From the NCBI RefSeq assembly GCF_963921235.1, contig NC_086097.1:237338001-237402000 (forward strand): 64,000 nt of DNA, written 5' to 3'. Source of the stretch: Mobula hypostoma (Eukaryota). Position numbers and translations under genes: made by a program. Positions within the stretch are counted from its first letter, which is position 1. Each line of letters starts with the position of its first letter. Below, piece by piece: positions 40,056-51,890 of this stretch. The notes beneath the pieces were generated by a model. That model searched no databases, was not told where the DNA came from, and saw nothing but the letters and a program-made list of their open reading frames with translations.

Positions 40056-40819
40056 TATAATCGATTTTTTGTTTCAGATTGCTGGAAAAAAATGCACTGC
40101 AGTTACGCATTGTATTTTTGGAACACTCCCCTCTACCCCAAGCAACCTTTCCCTTTGTTTAATTAACATTGATTTTCTTTGCTGGATTAAGAACCAAAAC
40201 TCTAATGTCTGTATATTTATTCCGGTAAAATGCCAATTTATTATCATCTGTTTGTAAAATAGTGACCTTAAAACATTCAAGGACTTATATATGGGACAGA
40301 ATTAAGTTACAGCAAGAAATGTTCTGATTATAGGTCATACACAAAATTTCAGCTGTCTGTGTGCTGTCATGATTTTGCTGTTCTACCAGTGTTAACTACA
40401 CTGCCTCTGTCCTCTGTCCTCTGTCTTCACGGCTTGCTTGAATGCTTCTGGCTTTATGTTTTCTCTTGTTTCTGATAGTAACTTGTCATGTTGCATAATA
40501 AAATGCAGGAGAAAATGAGCTTAGAGTTGGAAGTCAGTGTCCCTAGCAAACTCAAGTGCAGGAATCACAGGGACCTGGGCAATTCAGCCAAAACAAAGGA
40601 TTTATTGCAGAAGAAAACCAGCAAAACGAACAAGAACTCAGGCAAACTATACAGAATGCCGACGAACTGAAATCACTTATAGTACACAGGAGAAATCGGT
40701 CTGAGTTTCACCAGACAAGTATCCACAGCGACCAAGCAAAGAGGGGTTGGCATGCCCCCCCCCCCGCCGAAATATACGCTGGTGCACGTAGGAATTCAGG
40801 ATCAATCAGACAGCCCTGG

Positions 40820-41220
40820 TGTAGTCTTAGTCATAGTCATACTTTATTGATCCCGAGGGAAATTGGTTTTCGTTACAGTTGCACCTTAAATAATTAAATA
40901 GTGATAAAACCATAAATAATTAAATAGTAATATGTAAATTATGCCAGTAAATTATCAAATGTCCAGGACCAGCCTATTGGCTCAGGGTGTCTGACCCTCC
41001 AAGGGAGGAGTTGTAAAGTTTGATGGCCACAGGCAGGAATGGCTTCTTATGACGCTCTGTGTTGCATCTCGGTGGAATGAGTCTCTGGCTGAATGTGCTC
41101 CTGTGCCCAACCAGTACATTATGTAGTGGATGGGAGACATTGTCCAAGATGGCATGCAACTTGGACAGCATCTTCTTTTCAGACACCACCGTCAGAGAGT
41201 CCAGTTCCATCCCCACAACA
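40820..41220 (-). mobile_element. Rex1/Babar-like LINE 3' end with a (TATGAC)n tail
   Basis: ORF 40974-41246 (MLSKLHAILDNVSHPLH...RLIPPRCNTERH..FLPVAIKLYN). Confidence 0.8.
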
Positions 41221-42004
41221 GAAGCAGCAACCCCCAATAACAACAACTACAATGCAAGACTTTGACAATCCCATTCTAATTCCATTACCAACATTGAATA
41301 GAAGTGATAAATACAAAGAGAGTTTAATAATCCCCATGATCCCAAAATGAGGCACCTGCAACACCTAGTGAAAACCCAGAGCTGGTTCAAAGACAAACAA
41401 TTAGACATAAGAGGTAAACAGTCCAGGGAACACTGTATACCAGTGATGTGGCAGTGAGAAAATATAATCTACGTACTAACTGAAAAAAAAATATTTTTGT
41501 TTGCTTTTAAAACATCCCCTGTATGTGACATTGGAAATCATCACCAACAAAGAAATGAAAACCATCAATGCCGATAAAAGAAACAATTCTACAACAGCGA
41601 AAGCCTCCTTGGAAAATTTTCTTTATTTATTCCAAGAATTCTGCCTCCATCATCATTGGGGCAAGGCATACTGTAAATTGAAAAGCCAATAAGGACAGAG
41701 GAACAGGACCTTCAGCCCATCACCTTGTCTGCTATTCTGCCCAGTCCCATTAACCTACACCTGGACGGTCCCTCTCCTTAACCCTTCCATCTACTTCCAT
41801 TGGCAGCTTGTTCCACACTTGCACCACCCTCTGTGTGAAGAAGTTCCTTCTCCATTTGCCCTTAAACATTTCATCTTTCACCCCAAACCTATCACCTCTT
41901 ACTCTAGTCTCATGCAACCTCAGTGGAAATAGCCTGAGTAACATGTACTAAATGCTGGAATTGTCATCGCTTTGGGCCGGGACCTTTCATCAGGGCCCAA
42001 ACTT

Positions 42005-42385
42005 ACCTGATTATCACCTCTCTCCCTGATGACCCTCCTCCCATTTCTCTCATGGTCCACTCTCCCCTCCTATCAGATTTCTGCTTCTTCAGCCCTTTAG
42101 TTTTTCCACCTATCACCTCCCAGCTTCTTACATCATTGCCCCTTCCCACACCCGTCTACCTTCCCCCCAAATGGCTTCATTTTTCACCTGCCAGTTTGTA
42201 CTCTTTCCCCTCTTCATCTTCTTTTTCTAGCTTCTTCCCCCTTCCTTTCCAGTCCTGACAGAGGGTCTCAGCCCAAAATTTATTACCCTGCATAGATGTT
42301 TCCTGACCTGCTGAGTTCCTCCAGCATTTTGTGTGCATTACTCTGGATTTCCAGCACCTGCAGATTTTCCGTTGTGTTTGTGTTG
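42005..42385 (+). mobile_element. Old PLE 3' fragment; degenerate hammerheads at about 42251-42285 (+) and 41965-41998 (-)
   Basis: agtcctgacagagggtctcagcccaaaa followed by the ccagcacctgcaga tail. Confidence 0.65.
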
Positions 42386-44289
42386 TGCTGAGAGCCCTTT
42401 TGCTTCCTTCTTCTCGGGCATTTTTTTCCCTTCTCTTCACAGATGTTGCTCATTTACCCCATCACACTGCGTTCCCAGCCGAATGGTAACTGAGGTTATA
42501 GACCCTACCACCCTGATATTTGAGATCAATGGGTTACAGCATGAATTCTGAAATGGACAATCCACTCCAAGCACAGCATAAACTGCAAAATTTTGCAATC
42601 TTACAAAGTCTTGGTGCACAAATCACTGGCTGAATTAAAGCAATAAGCAAAAGAATTCAGTCAATAACAAACCTATTAATCTCTTTAGATCGTGTTATGT
42701 ATGCATGGTGCAAGAACAACAATGATGTAGTAGGATTAAACGCATGTTAGCCATTGTACATGCTGGGCGGTGTACAGTAGGGGAGCGATGAACCGGACCT
42801 GTTTCGATGAAAAGCATGTTCACTCTAAAGCCCAGGCAAGAAGAGAAGACCCTCCACACGTTAGAGGCTCAGCTAATTCACGGCGCAATCGATCGGCAGC
42901 AGACGCACTCCCACTTTCTCACAGTCAATCCAATACAGTTCACATAGCAACAGTTGTTAAGGTAGGAGAGTTTGTTGGGATTGGGTGGAGGAATGGATCC
43001 GGTGCTGAAAGTATTATCAGTTGTCATAGGTTAAGACAGCATTAGTTAGTATATTGAGCACAGGTTGAACAGCCTGGTGATTGATTAAGTGCTCATGGTG
43101 TCACATGCCACATTTAGTGTGTTCCAATAAGTGTTAATGTCATTCAACTGTACACAGGCAGTCGAACTTCACAACAGGGGAAAAGAAAATCAAATTTTGT
43201 GGTACACAGACAGTCGTGCTGCTTAGGCAAATGCTGTGGTCAGTGAAACTTGATATCCTCCTCTCTGCTCCACAATTTCTATCGGTACAAATCTTCTGGC
43301 AGAAATATTATCTACAAATGCTAACTAACAGTTTTACCTCAGTATTTAACTAAGTATTTTGAAATCCTTGTTATCAAATCCTTGTTATCAAGCCATAAAT
43401 CCTTGTTGTCAAACTCGTGAGAACTAATTATCCTGAAATATTAATCTCCACAGATTAACATCTATTACTTGTTTATTTATTTTTTTATTTATTGGGATAC
43501 TGCAAGGAACAGGCCATTCTGGCCCTTCGAGCCATGCTGCCCAGAAATCTCCCAAATTAACCCTAGCCTAATCACGGGACAATTAATAATGAGCTGGAGG
43601 AAACCCATGTGGTCATGGGGAGAACGTACAAACTCCTTACCAGCAGTGGCAGGAACTGAACCCCAGTCACTGGTAATGTAAAGCGATGTGCTAACCACTA
43701 CAAATACTGCGCCACCCTATGTTACAGTTACAGTACCAAACTCCCTGGATATTTCCAGTATTTTCAGTTATATCATCGAAAATAAACTTCAAGAGCTGAA
43801 TACACCAATTCAACTCGTTATACTCAGCATTATCAAAGATCCCTCTTGTCCATCCAACAGTCCCTTGACCCGCTACCATCAGGCAGGAGGGACCGTAGAA
43901 TTATGACAAGAACTGTTAGGATGGGAAACAGCTTCATCCCCTAGGCTGTAAGACTACTGAACTCCCAGCCACCTCCCAGGTCTCATCACGTATGAAGTGC
44001 CAGAAGTGTTATACTGTTTACTTTTTAACTTGTAATGTAAATGCACCTCATTATTTGTTAATTTATTTGTGGTAATATTACCTTATGCATTGTGTGTGAG
44101 TTATTTGTACTGTGTTGTGCTGGGGTCTGATCAGCCCCGGCTGGGTCACCTGGAGGAGGATGTATGATGTTGAAAGACCCGAAACACCCGATGATTCCAG
44201 GAACATCACTGAAGATGTGTCCAGAAGCATCAATAGATGTATGTACACAGCTGCACATTGGTCCGGAGGAACGTTGTCTGGTTTGAATG

Positions 44290-44715
44290 TGTCCGGCTGA
44301 ATGACACTAAACATGTGACACCCTGCGTGTGTACACATGAATGACATTAAAGACGTGTACTAAACCTGTGACACTATACATATAGAAACATAGAAAACCT
44401 ACAGCACAATACAGGCCCTTCGGCCTACAAAGTTGTGCCGAACATGTCCCTACTTCAAAAATTACTAAGCTTACCTATAGCCCTCTGTTTTACTAAGCTC
44501 TGTGTACTTACTAGGCTTACCTATTACCTGTCCAGTTAAATGACACTAAATGTGTACTAAACATGTAACACTATGCATGTGTCCGGTTGAATGACACTAA
44601 ATGTGTACTGAACATGTAACACTATACTTGTGTACAGTTGAATGACACTAAACGTGTACTGAACATGTGACATACATATATACAGATGAATGACACTAAA
44701 TTAACTTGAACTTGA
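44290..44715. repeat. Imperfect tandem repeat of about 51 bp (gaatgacactaaatgtgtactgaacatgtaacac...), interrupted by a CR1-type tail at about 44383-44527
   Basis: tgacactaa recurs at 44541, 44592, 44643 and 44691. Confidence 0.75.
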
Positions 44716-45083
44716 TAAACATATAAATTATTATCAAGTCAAGCTTATTGTCATTTAACTATTCAAATATATACCGTCAAACGAGACTATTCTCCGAGCC
44801 AAGGTATAAAACACAGTAGTACACATAAACACATATAACACACAATAACTTAGGAAAGTAAGGATGAAATCTACAGACGAATTAAACATAGATAAACAAA
44901 GTAAAGTGCATAAATTAAATATTGTAAGGTATAGAACAAATTAACCAGTGACACTTCAACTGTGATGCAGCAGGGAGTTCAGAAGCCTAATGCCGCAAAA
45001 ACTGACAACACTCAATTAATAACCAACTGGAAAAAGCAGAATATTATCAATTGTTTACGAGGCACACAAACAACCATTCCACA

Positions 45084-46123
45084 CTTTGCCTCCAACTTTC
45101 ACCCCGCCCTCAAGCTTACCTGGTCCATTTCCGACACCTCCCTCCCCTTTCTAGATCTTTCTGTCTCTATCTCTGGAGACAGCTTATCCACTGATGTCTA
45201 CTATAAGCCTACTGACTCTCACAGCTATCTGGACTATTCCTCTTCTCACCCTGTCTCCTGTAAAAATGCCATCCCCTTCTCGCAATTCCTCCGTCTACCC
45301 CGCATCTACTCTCAGGATGAGGCTTTTCATTCCAGGACGAAGGAGATGTCTTCCTTTTTTAAAGAAAGGGGCTTCCCTTTCTCCACTATCAACTCTGCTC
45401 TTAAACGCATCTCTCCCATTTCACACACATCTGCTCTCACTCCATCCTCCCGCCACCCCACTAGGAATAGGGTTCCCCTGGTCCTCACCTACCACCCCAC
45501 CAGCCTCCGGGTCCAACATATTATTCTCTGTAACTTCTGTCACCTCCAACGGGGTCCCACCACTAAGCACATCTTTCCCTCCACCCCTCTGCTTTCTGCA
45601 GGGATCGCTCCCTACGCGACTCCCTTGTCCATTCATCCCCCCCATCCCTCCCCACCAATCTCCCTCCTGGCATTTATCCTTGTAAGCAGAACAAGTGCTA
45701 CACATGCCCTTACACTTCCTCCCTTACCACCATTCAGAGCCCCAGACAGTCCTTCCAGGTGAGGCGACACTTCACCTGTGAGTCGGCTGGGGTGATATAC
45801 TGCGTCTGGTGTTCCCGATGTAGCCTTCTATATATTGATGAGACCCGACGCAGACTGGGAGATCATTTTGCTGAACACCTACGCTCTGTCCGCCAGAGAA
45901 AGCAGGATCTCCCAGTGGCCACACATTTTAATTCCACATCCCATTCCCATTCTGATATGTCTATCCACGGCCTCCTCTACTGTGAAGATGAAGCCACGCT
46001 CAGATTGGAGGAACAACACCTTATATTCCGTTTGGGTAGCTTCCAACCTGATGGCATGAACATCGACTTCTCTAACTTCCGCTAATGCCCCACCTCCCCC
46101 TCGTACCCCATCCGTTATTTATT

Positions 46124-46162
<39 letters not shown>

Positions 46163-46536
46163 TCTTTTTCTCCCTCTGTCCCTCTCGCAACACCCCTTGC
46201 ACATCCTCTGGGTTTTTCACGCCCTCCCCCTTTTCTTTCTCCCTGGGCCTCCTGTCCCATGATTCTCTCATATCCCTTTTGCCAATCACCTGTCCAGCTC
46301 TTGGCTCCATCCCTCCCCCTCCTGTCTTCTCCTATCATTTCGGATCTCCCCCTCCCCCTCCCACTTTCAAATCTCTTACTAGCTCTTCCTTCAGTTAGTC
46401 CTGATGAAGGGTCTCGGCCCGAAACATCGACTGTACCTCTTCCTAGAGATGCTGCCTGGCCTGCTGCGTTCTCCAGCAACTTTTATGTGTGTTGCTTGAA
46501 ATTCCAGCATCTGCAGACTTCCTCGTGTTTGCGTTT
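45084..46536 (+). mobile_element. Longest PLE copy: RT C-terminus/thumb, GIY-YIG endonuclease and 3' region; 5'-truncated and frameshifted
   Basis: FHPALKLTWS..LPFLDLSV..YYKPTDSHSYLDYSSSHP..IPFSQFLRL, then FTCESAGVIYCVWCSRC.LLYI.ETRRRL..FAEH..PVATHFN..EQHLIFRLGS.QPDGMN; possible 8-bp TSD ATTCCACA (45076-45083 and 46540-46547). Confidence 0.92.
46397..46432 (+). ncRNA. Minimal type I hammerhead motif (CCC stem II variant, stem III ACAT)
   Basis: AGTC CTGATGA A GGG TCTCGG CCC GAAAC ATC GACT. Confidence 0.6.
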
Positions 46537-46859
46537 TTAATTCCACAACATATACCCCTTGCTAAAAGCCACAAGCCTCATTTCAATGCTGCATCCACTT
46601 AAACAGATACAAGAGTCCCTAAATGGCTACAATTAACACTAATTGATACAGATCACATTGATACAATCAACACTCAGTTCAAAATGACTGTCATTTTTAT
46701 ATCAAATAAATTGTTGATAATAACTGCTGTTGACAGACTGTTAACTTCTGTGCAATATTTAGCCCATCATTTTGCGACTGATAACTTTTAACGTAAGCAA
46801 CACACATCAAAGTTGCTGGTGAACGCAGCAGGCCAGGCAGCATCTCTAGGAAGAGGCGC

Positions 46860-46895
46860 AGTCGACGTTTCAGGCCAAGACCCTTCGTCAGGACT
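46860..46895 (-). ncRNA. Minimal type I hammerhead motif, intact core, sense to CSMD3
   Basis: Minus strand: AGTC CTGACGA AGG GTCTTGG CCT GAAAC GTC GACT. Confidence 0.75.
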
Positions 46896-47388
46896 AACTG
46901 AAGGAAGAGTGAGTAAGGGATTTGAAAGTTGGAGGGGGAGGGGGAGGGGGAGATCCAAAATGATCGGAGAAGACAGGAGGGGGAGGGATAGAGCCAAGAG
47001 CTGGACAGGTGACTGGCAAAAGGGGATACGAGAGGATCATGGGACAGGAGGTCCGGGAAGAAAGACAAGGAGGGGGTGGGGACCCAGAGGATGGGCAAGA
47101 GGTATATTCAGAGGGACAGAGGGAGAAAAAGGACAGTGAGAGAAAGAATGTGTGCATAAAAATAAGTAACAGATGGGGTACGAGGGGGAGGTGGGGCCTT
47201 AGCGGAAGTTAGAGAAGTCGATGTTCATGCCATCAGGTTGGAGGCTACCCAGATGGAATATAAGGTGTTGTTCCTCCAACCTGAGTGTGGCTTCATCTTT
47301 ACAGTAGAGGAGGCCATGGATAGACATGTCAGAATGGGAATGGGATGTGGAATTAAAATGTGTGGCCTTACTCACTCTTCCTTCAGTT

Positions 47389-47424
47389 AGTCCTGACGAA
47401 GGGTCTCGGCCTGAAACGTCGACT
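47389..47424 (+). ncRNA. Minimal type I hammerhead motif, intact core
   Basis: AGTC CTGACGA AGG GTCTCGG CCT GAAAC GTC GACT. Confidence 0.75.
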
Positions 47425-48249
47425 GCACCTCTTCCTACAGATGCTGCCTGGCCTGCTGTGTTCACTAGCAACTTTGATGTGTGTTGCTTGAATTTCCAGC
47501 ATCTGCAGAATTCCTGTTGTTTACTTTTAACATAAATTATATTTTCTGCGTGAAGACTACTTTGGCATTCCTATGTATATATGAGTTTATTTATTTATAG
47601 ATTTAGTCATACAATGTGAAACAAGTCCTTCCAGCCCAACCAGCAAACCACCTATTTAACACGAGCCTAATCACAGGACAACTTACAATCACAAACAAGA
47701 GAAAATCTGCAGATGCTGGAAATCCCAGCAACAGCCACAAAATGCTGGAGGATCTCAGCAGGCCAGGCAGCATCTATGGAAAAGAGTACTAATTAGGGTT
47801 CCCGAACTTCTTTATGCCATGGACTAATACCATTAAGCAAGAGGTCTAGGAACACCTGTAGCGGTACATCTCCAGACTGTGGGAAGAAAGTGCAACACCC
47901 AAAAGAAACCCAAGCACACACACGGAAAAGATGCAAACTTCTTACAGCTGGCACCGGAATTGGACTCTGAATTCTGGAATATCCGCTGTTAATAGCAGCA
48001 TGTTAACCACTGCGCTACCTATGCCTCCATGGTACATGGTAAACTTTGGAAATGGCTGTTATCAAGACTAAAGAGATTAAAGATTCGCTGTATTTGTCAC
48101 ATGAACATCGAAACATACCGTGCTATGCATCATTTTTGCATCAATGACCAACATATTGCAAGGATTGTGCAGGAGCTGGCTACAAGTGTTGCCGCGCTTC
48201 TGGCACCAACATAGCATGACCACAACTCACTTTCTCTAACTGCATATTT

Positions 48250-48484
48250 TGCTATATATTTAATATTTCAATAATATTTGAGTAATCTTATATATAATTA
48301 ACTTTGATTAAGCATTCTTGTTCATTTAAATAATTCATTACGGGTTTTAGGTAAAAATGCATTAACTACCACATGATACACTTGCACCTCGCTTAAGGTA
48401 AAGATGACGTTAGACCGGCAACCTCGCACTCTCTTGTCTTCCTTTGAATGAATTTAATGTTTTGAGGTTACAAAATATGTCACA
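48250..48484. mobile_element. Putative short solo LTR inserted in a SINE, with a 5-bp TSD (TATTT)
   Basis: TATTT|TGCTA...GTCACA|TATTT; second copy at 36084-36325. Confidence 0.55.
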
Positions 48485-48774
48485 TATTTTTAGAATGTGG
48501 GAAAAAAACCAAGTCACCTGTAGCAAAACCAGATCATCCTGGGGAGAACATACTGGTACAAACTCTTACAGACAGCGGTGGGTATCGAACCCCAACCAAT
48601 GATTGCAGCTGCTGTGAGGTAATTACACTAACTGCTGCATTACCTTGTCGTCCTGTGAATGCTGAGACTATATTTTGCAGAAATATTTTATGCTTCATTT
48701 TTCTTCTATATTATATCACAAAACTTTCTATCTTCAGTGGATATTTGCTCAGTATGACAAAGTATGTTTCTTAC

Positions 48775-48966
48775 CAATACACGATGGAAGTGGGTAATCC
48801 CAGGCTCTTCGCTCTCCAGTCATACATTTCAGGATACTGCTTCCATGCAGAGTGTAACCTGGGTTACAACCGTAGGAAATAGTGCTTCCAGCAAAGTGGC
48901 CCTGGTCGCTAATTTTGTATCCAAACTGAGGCACACCGGGTTCTTCACAGTGCGAGAGCTCGAACC
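48775..48966 (-). CDS. CSMD3: CSMD3-like exon, Sushi/CCP domain: FELSHCEEPGVPQFGYKISDQGHFAGSTISYGCNPGYTLHGSSILKCMTGERRAWDYPLPSCI
   Basis: 192 bp, acceptor TTGCAG|GG, donor TTG|GTAAGA, phase 1-1; Sushi cysteine pattern. Confidence 0.95.
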
Positions 48967-49879
48967 CTGCAATGGGCCACACAATAAACTGAAATTATTG
49001 AACCAAGCAGATCTAACCTTGACAGAAAAATGGAAATGTCACAGCATATCGCATCAAAGTTTAGAGATGAACTACTGAGGAATGAAAGAGATTTATCCAC
49101 TTGACCCATAAAAGTTAAATAAGTACGAATGTTCACTGAGAAAAATTGAACTTCTTAAATACAACAGCACTGAATTATTTATGAAGACATGTTCTTTAAT
49201 ATAAAATAGCTATGGCATTAAAGTCTGTTGACATTGTTTTATCTTTTAATTCAGTCACATATACCTTATTACTTATTTAGCTTTTTGTGTACACCATTTT
49301 AAGTTCAAACTTATATTTACGGCATATAAATATAATACTTATAGAGTCATAGAGACTCAATACAGAAGTAGGCCCTTCAGTCCATCTAGTCTGTACCAAA
49401 CCACTTAAACAGCCTTGTCCCATCGACATGCACAGGGATTATGGCCCTTCATACACCTGCCATCCATGTACCCATCCAATCTCCTCTTAAACATTGAAAT
49501 CAAGCTCGCATACATCACTTGTGCTGGTGCAATTACAATAATTATAACTATTATTCTAATAATAAGCTTTAAGAGCATATTTCAGCCCAGCTTTTTTGAC
49601 TATCATTCGTGTCTCCAGGCATTTCTGAAGATAAATGTTGATAACTTCTGATCTCTTTGAGGCCATTAGTTTGGATCCTTATCCTGCCATCAGCTCATAC
49701 TTCGTCACTAAGTTAGTTACAGAAGTCAGAGAAAAGCAATCTGTAGAGTAAATCCTGGAATTTTTTTTATTATTTTAATTGCACATTCACAAGTTTTATT
49801 TTCAAAGTTTAAGGTTCAAAGTAAATTTATCATTACGGTATGTATGTATGTGTCACCATATATTATGTTGAGATTTGTT

Positions 49880-51010
49880 TTCAAGATTCAAAATTGTTTA
49901 ATGTAATTTCCAGTACACAAATGTAAAGGAGAACAATGCAATTGTTACTCCAGATCTGATGTAGCACAATGAGATAAAAAAAAACACGGTAGCTATAAAT
50001 ACATAAGATAGCTTATATATATTGATTAATGTCCAGAAAGTGACACGAGGCACAGGACTGTCTGTGCATAATTTGACTCTGAGAGGAAATGATAAATTAG
50101 TGCTGGTGGGGTGGTGTGGAGGGTGGGTTTGTGGGTGGTGGTATTGATCAGCCTTATTGCTTGGATAAAGTAACTGCTTTTGGTCCTGGTGTGAATGCTA
50201 TATAGCCTTGTCAATGATGGGAGTGGGACAAACAGTCCATGAGCAGGGTGGGTGGGATCCTTTATGATAGTACTGGCCATCCTCTGACACCTTTTTTTGT
50301 ATAGGTGTCCTTGGTGGTGCCAAAGATGTGTTGGGCAGTTTTGTCTACCCGTTCTGGAGCCTTTCTGTTGATTGCAGTGCAGTTTCTGTACCATGCAGCA
50401 ATGCATCTGTAGTGTCGTGAGTGCGAATTACATAGTCGAGCTCTCTCCAATCTCCTCAGAAAGTAGAGGCGTCGGTGAGCTTTCACGATTGTGTAGGATG
50501 TGCTCCAGGACCATGACAGCGCTGCACTGCCAGGAGTTTGAAACTGCTCACACTGATTGTGTAGGATGTGCCCCGGGACCACGAGAGACGGGCACTGCCA
50601 GGAGTTTGAAACTGCTCACACTGATTGTGTAGGATGTGCTCCAGGACCATAACAGCGCTACACTGCCAGGAGTTTGAAACTGCTCACACTGATTGTGTAG
50701 GATGTGCCCCGGGACCACGAGAGATGAAAACTCCCAGGAGTTTGAAACTGCTCACAATGATTGTGTAGGATGTGCGCCGGGACCACGAGAGATGAAAATT
50801 CCCAGGAGTTTGAAACTGCTCACACTGATTGTGTAGGATGTGCCCCGGGACCACGAGAGATGAAAACTCCCAGGAGTTTGAAACTGCTCACAATGATTGT
50901 GTAGGATGTGCGCCGGGACCACGAGAGATGAAAATTCCCAGGAGTTTGAAACTACTCACGCTGCTGTATCACCAATGTAAAGAGGGACGAGAGTGGTGTG
51001 AGTTCTTGCA
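49880..51010 (-). mobile_element. Rex1/Babar-like LINE 3' fragment containing a minisatellite
   Basis: KAHRRLYFLRRL..CIAAWYRNC and IIKDPTHPAHGLFVPLPS motifs. Confidence 0.75.
50487..50962. repeat. 68-bp minisatellite, 7 copies, derived from LINE ORF2
   Basis: gattgtgtaggatgtg starts at 50487, 50555, 50623, 50691, 50759, 50827 and 50895. Confidence 0.95.
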
Positions 51011-51062
51011 GGCATTTATAGGAAAATACAATAACAATTGTGAAAAGCAATAAATAACAAAG

Positions 51063-51128
51063 CAACACGCATACAGTATTTTGTGTGTGCTGCTTTGGAT
51101 TTCCAGCATCTGCAGAATTTCTTGCGTT
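51063..51128. mobile_element. 66-bp PLE fold-back micro-insertion with a 14-bp TSD (AATAAATAACAAAG at 51049-51062 and 51129-51142)
   Basis: Short inverted piece (aaag)caacacgcataca, then the sense tail ttttgtgtgtgctgctttggatttccagcatctgcaga...gcgtt. Confidence 0.8.
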
Positions 51129-51569
51129 AATAAATAACAAAGATTGACAAACAACCAAAGTGCAAAAGAAGACAAATGTACAAATAATAAAAAATGTAAA
51201 TAAATAATACTGAGATGTATAGTCCCTGAAAGTGAGCTTATAGATTGTGGAGTCAGTTAAGTGTTGAGGTGGATGAAGTTATCCACACTGTTTCATGAGC
51301 CTGATAGGGTTCTGAAGGTACTAAGTGTTGGGTAACAACAGTTAATTGCAGATTAATAACTGTTCCTGAACTTGCTGTCACGGACACTAATGCTCCTGCA
51401 CCACAATGCCAGTAGCTAGAAGAGAGAATGGCCTGTATGATTTTATTTGTGAGTCTGCAATAGTCAAAGTCAGAAATATGAGCTGAAATCTTTCTTTTTT
51501 AGAGATATAATTCCCTAATTTATCAAATGTGTGAGAATTTCACTTTCATTAAGAGAGTCATCTTATAGA

Positions 51570-51890
51570 TAGATTGGACATGGAGAGGACGCTTCCAAGA
51601 ATGGGAGAGCCTAAGACCTGAGGGTACAGTCTCAGAATGGAAGGAAATCCCTTCAGAACAGAAATGAGGAGGAAGTTCTTTCGTCAAAGAGTGGTGAATC
51701 TGTGGAATTCATCGCCACAGATTGCTATGAAGCCCGAGCCATGGGGTATATTTAAAGTGGAGATTGATAGGTTCATGATTATTAAGGCTGTCAAAGGTAA
51801 TGAGGAGAAGTCAGGAGAAGGGGATTGAGAGGGAAAATAAATCGGCCACGATGGGATGACAGAGCAGACTTGATGGGCTGTATGGCCTTT
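51570..51890 (+). mobile_element. CR1 3' fragment
   Basis: ORF 51637-51828 (EGNPFRTEMRRKFFRQRVVNLWNS). Confidence 0.8.

Larger units (their letters stand above)
46797..47522. mobile_element. PLE fold-back insertion with a 13-bp TSD (ACTTTTAAC[G/A]TAA at 46784-46796 and 47523-47535)
   Basis: Minus arm 46797-47367 starts at gcaacac; plus arm 47367-47522 ends in the tail gaattcctgttgttt. Confidence 0.9.

Noticed and set aside
40485..41410. Possible solo LTR split by the Rex1 insertion
   Set aside because: It starts with TGTCATG, but I could not define a matching end or a TSD.
44121..44180. Possible hammerhead (ggtCTGATCAg...GAAAgacc)
   Set aside because: The core is CTGATCA rather than CTGANGA in both copies, and no stem III or UH cleavage site follows GAAA.
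44962..45762. 266-aa ORF as a novel gene
   Set aside because: Chance fusion of flanking DNA to a frameshifted PLE RT fragment.
50487..50962. CRISPR-like regular array
   Set aside because: Whole 68-bp units repeat with no unique spacers, the context is eukaryotic, and the unit derives from LINE ORF2.
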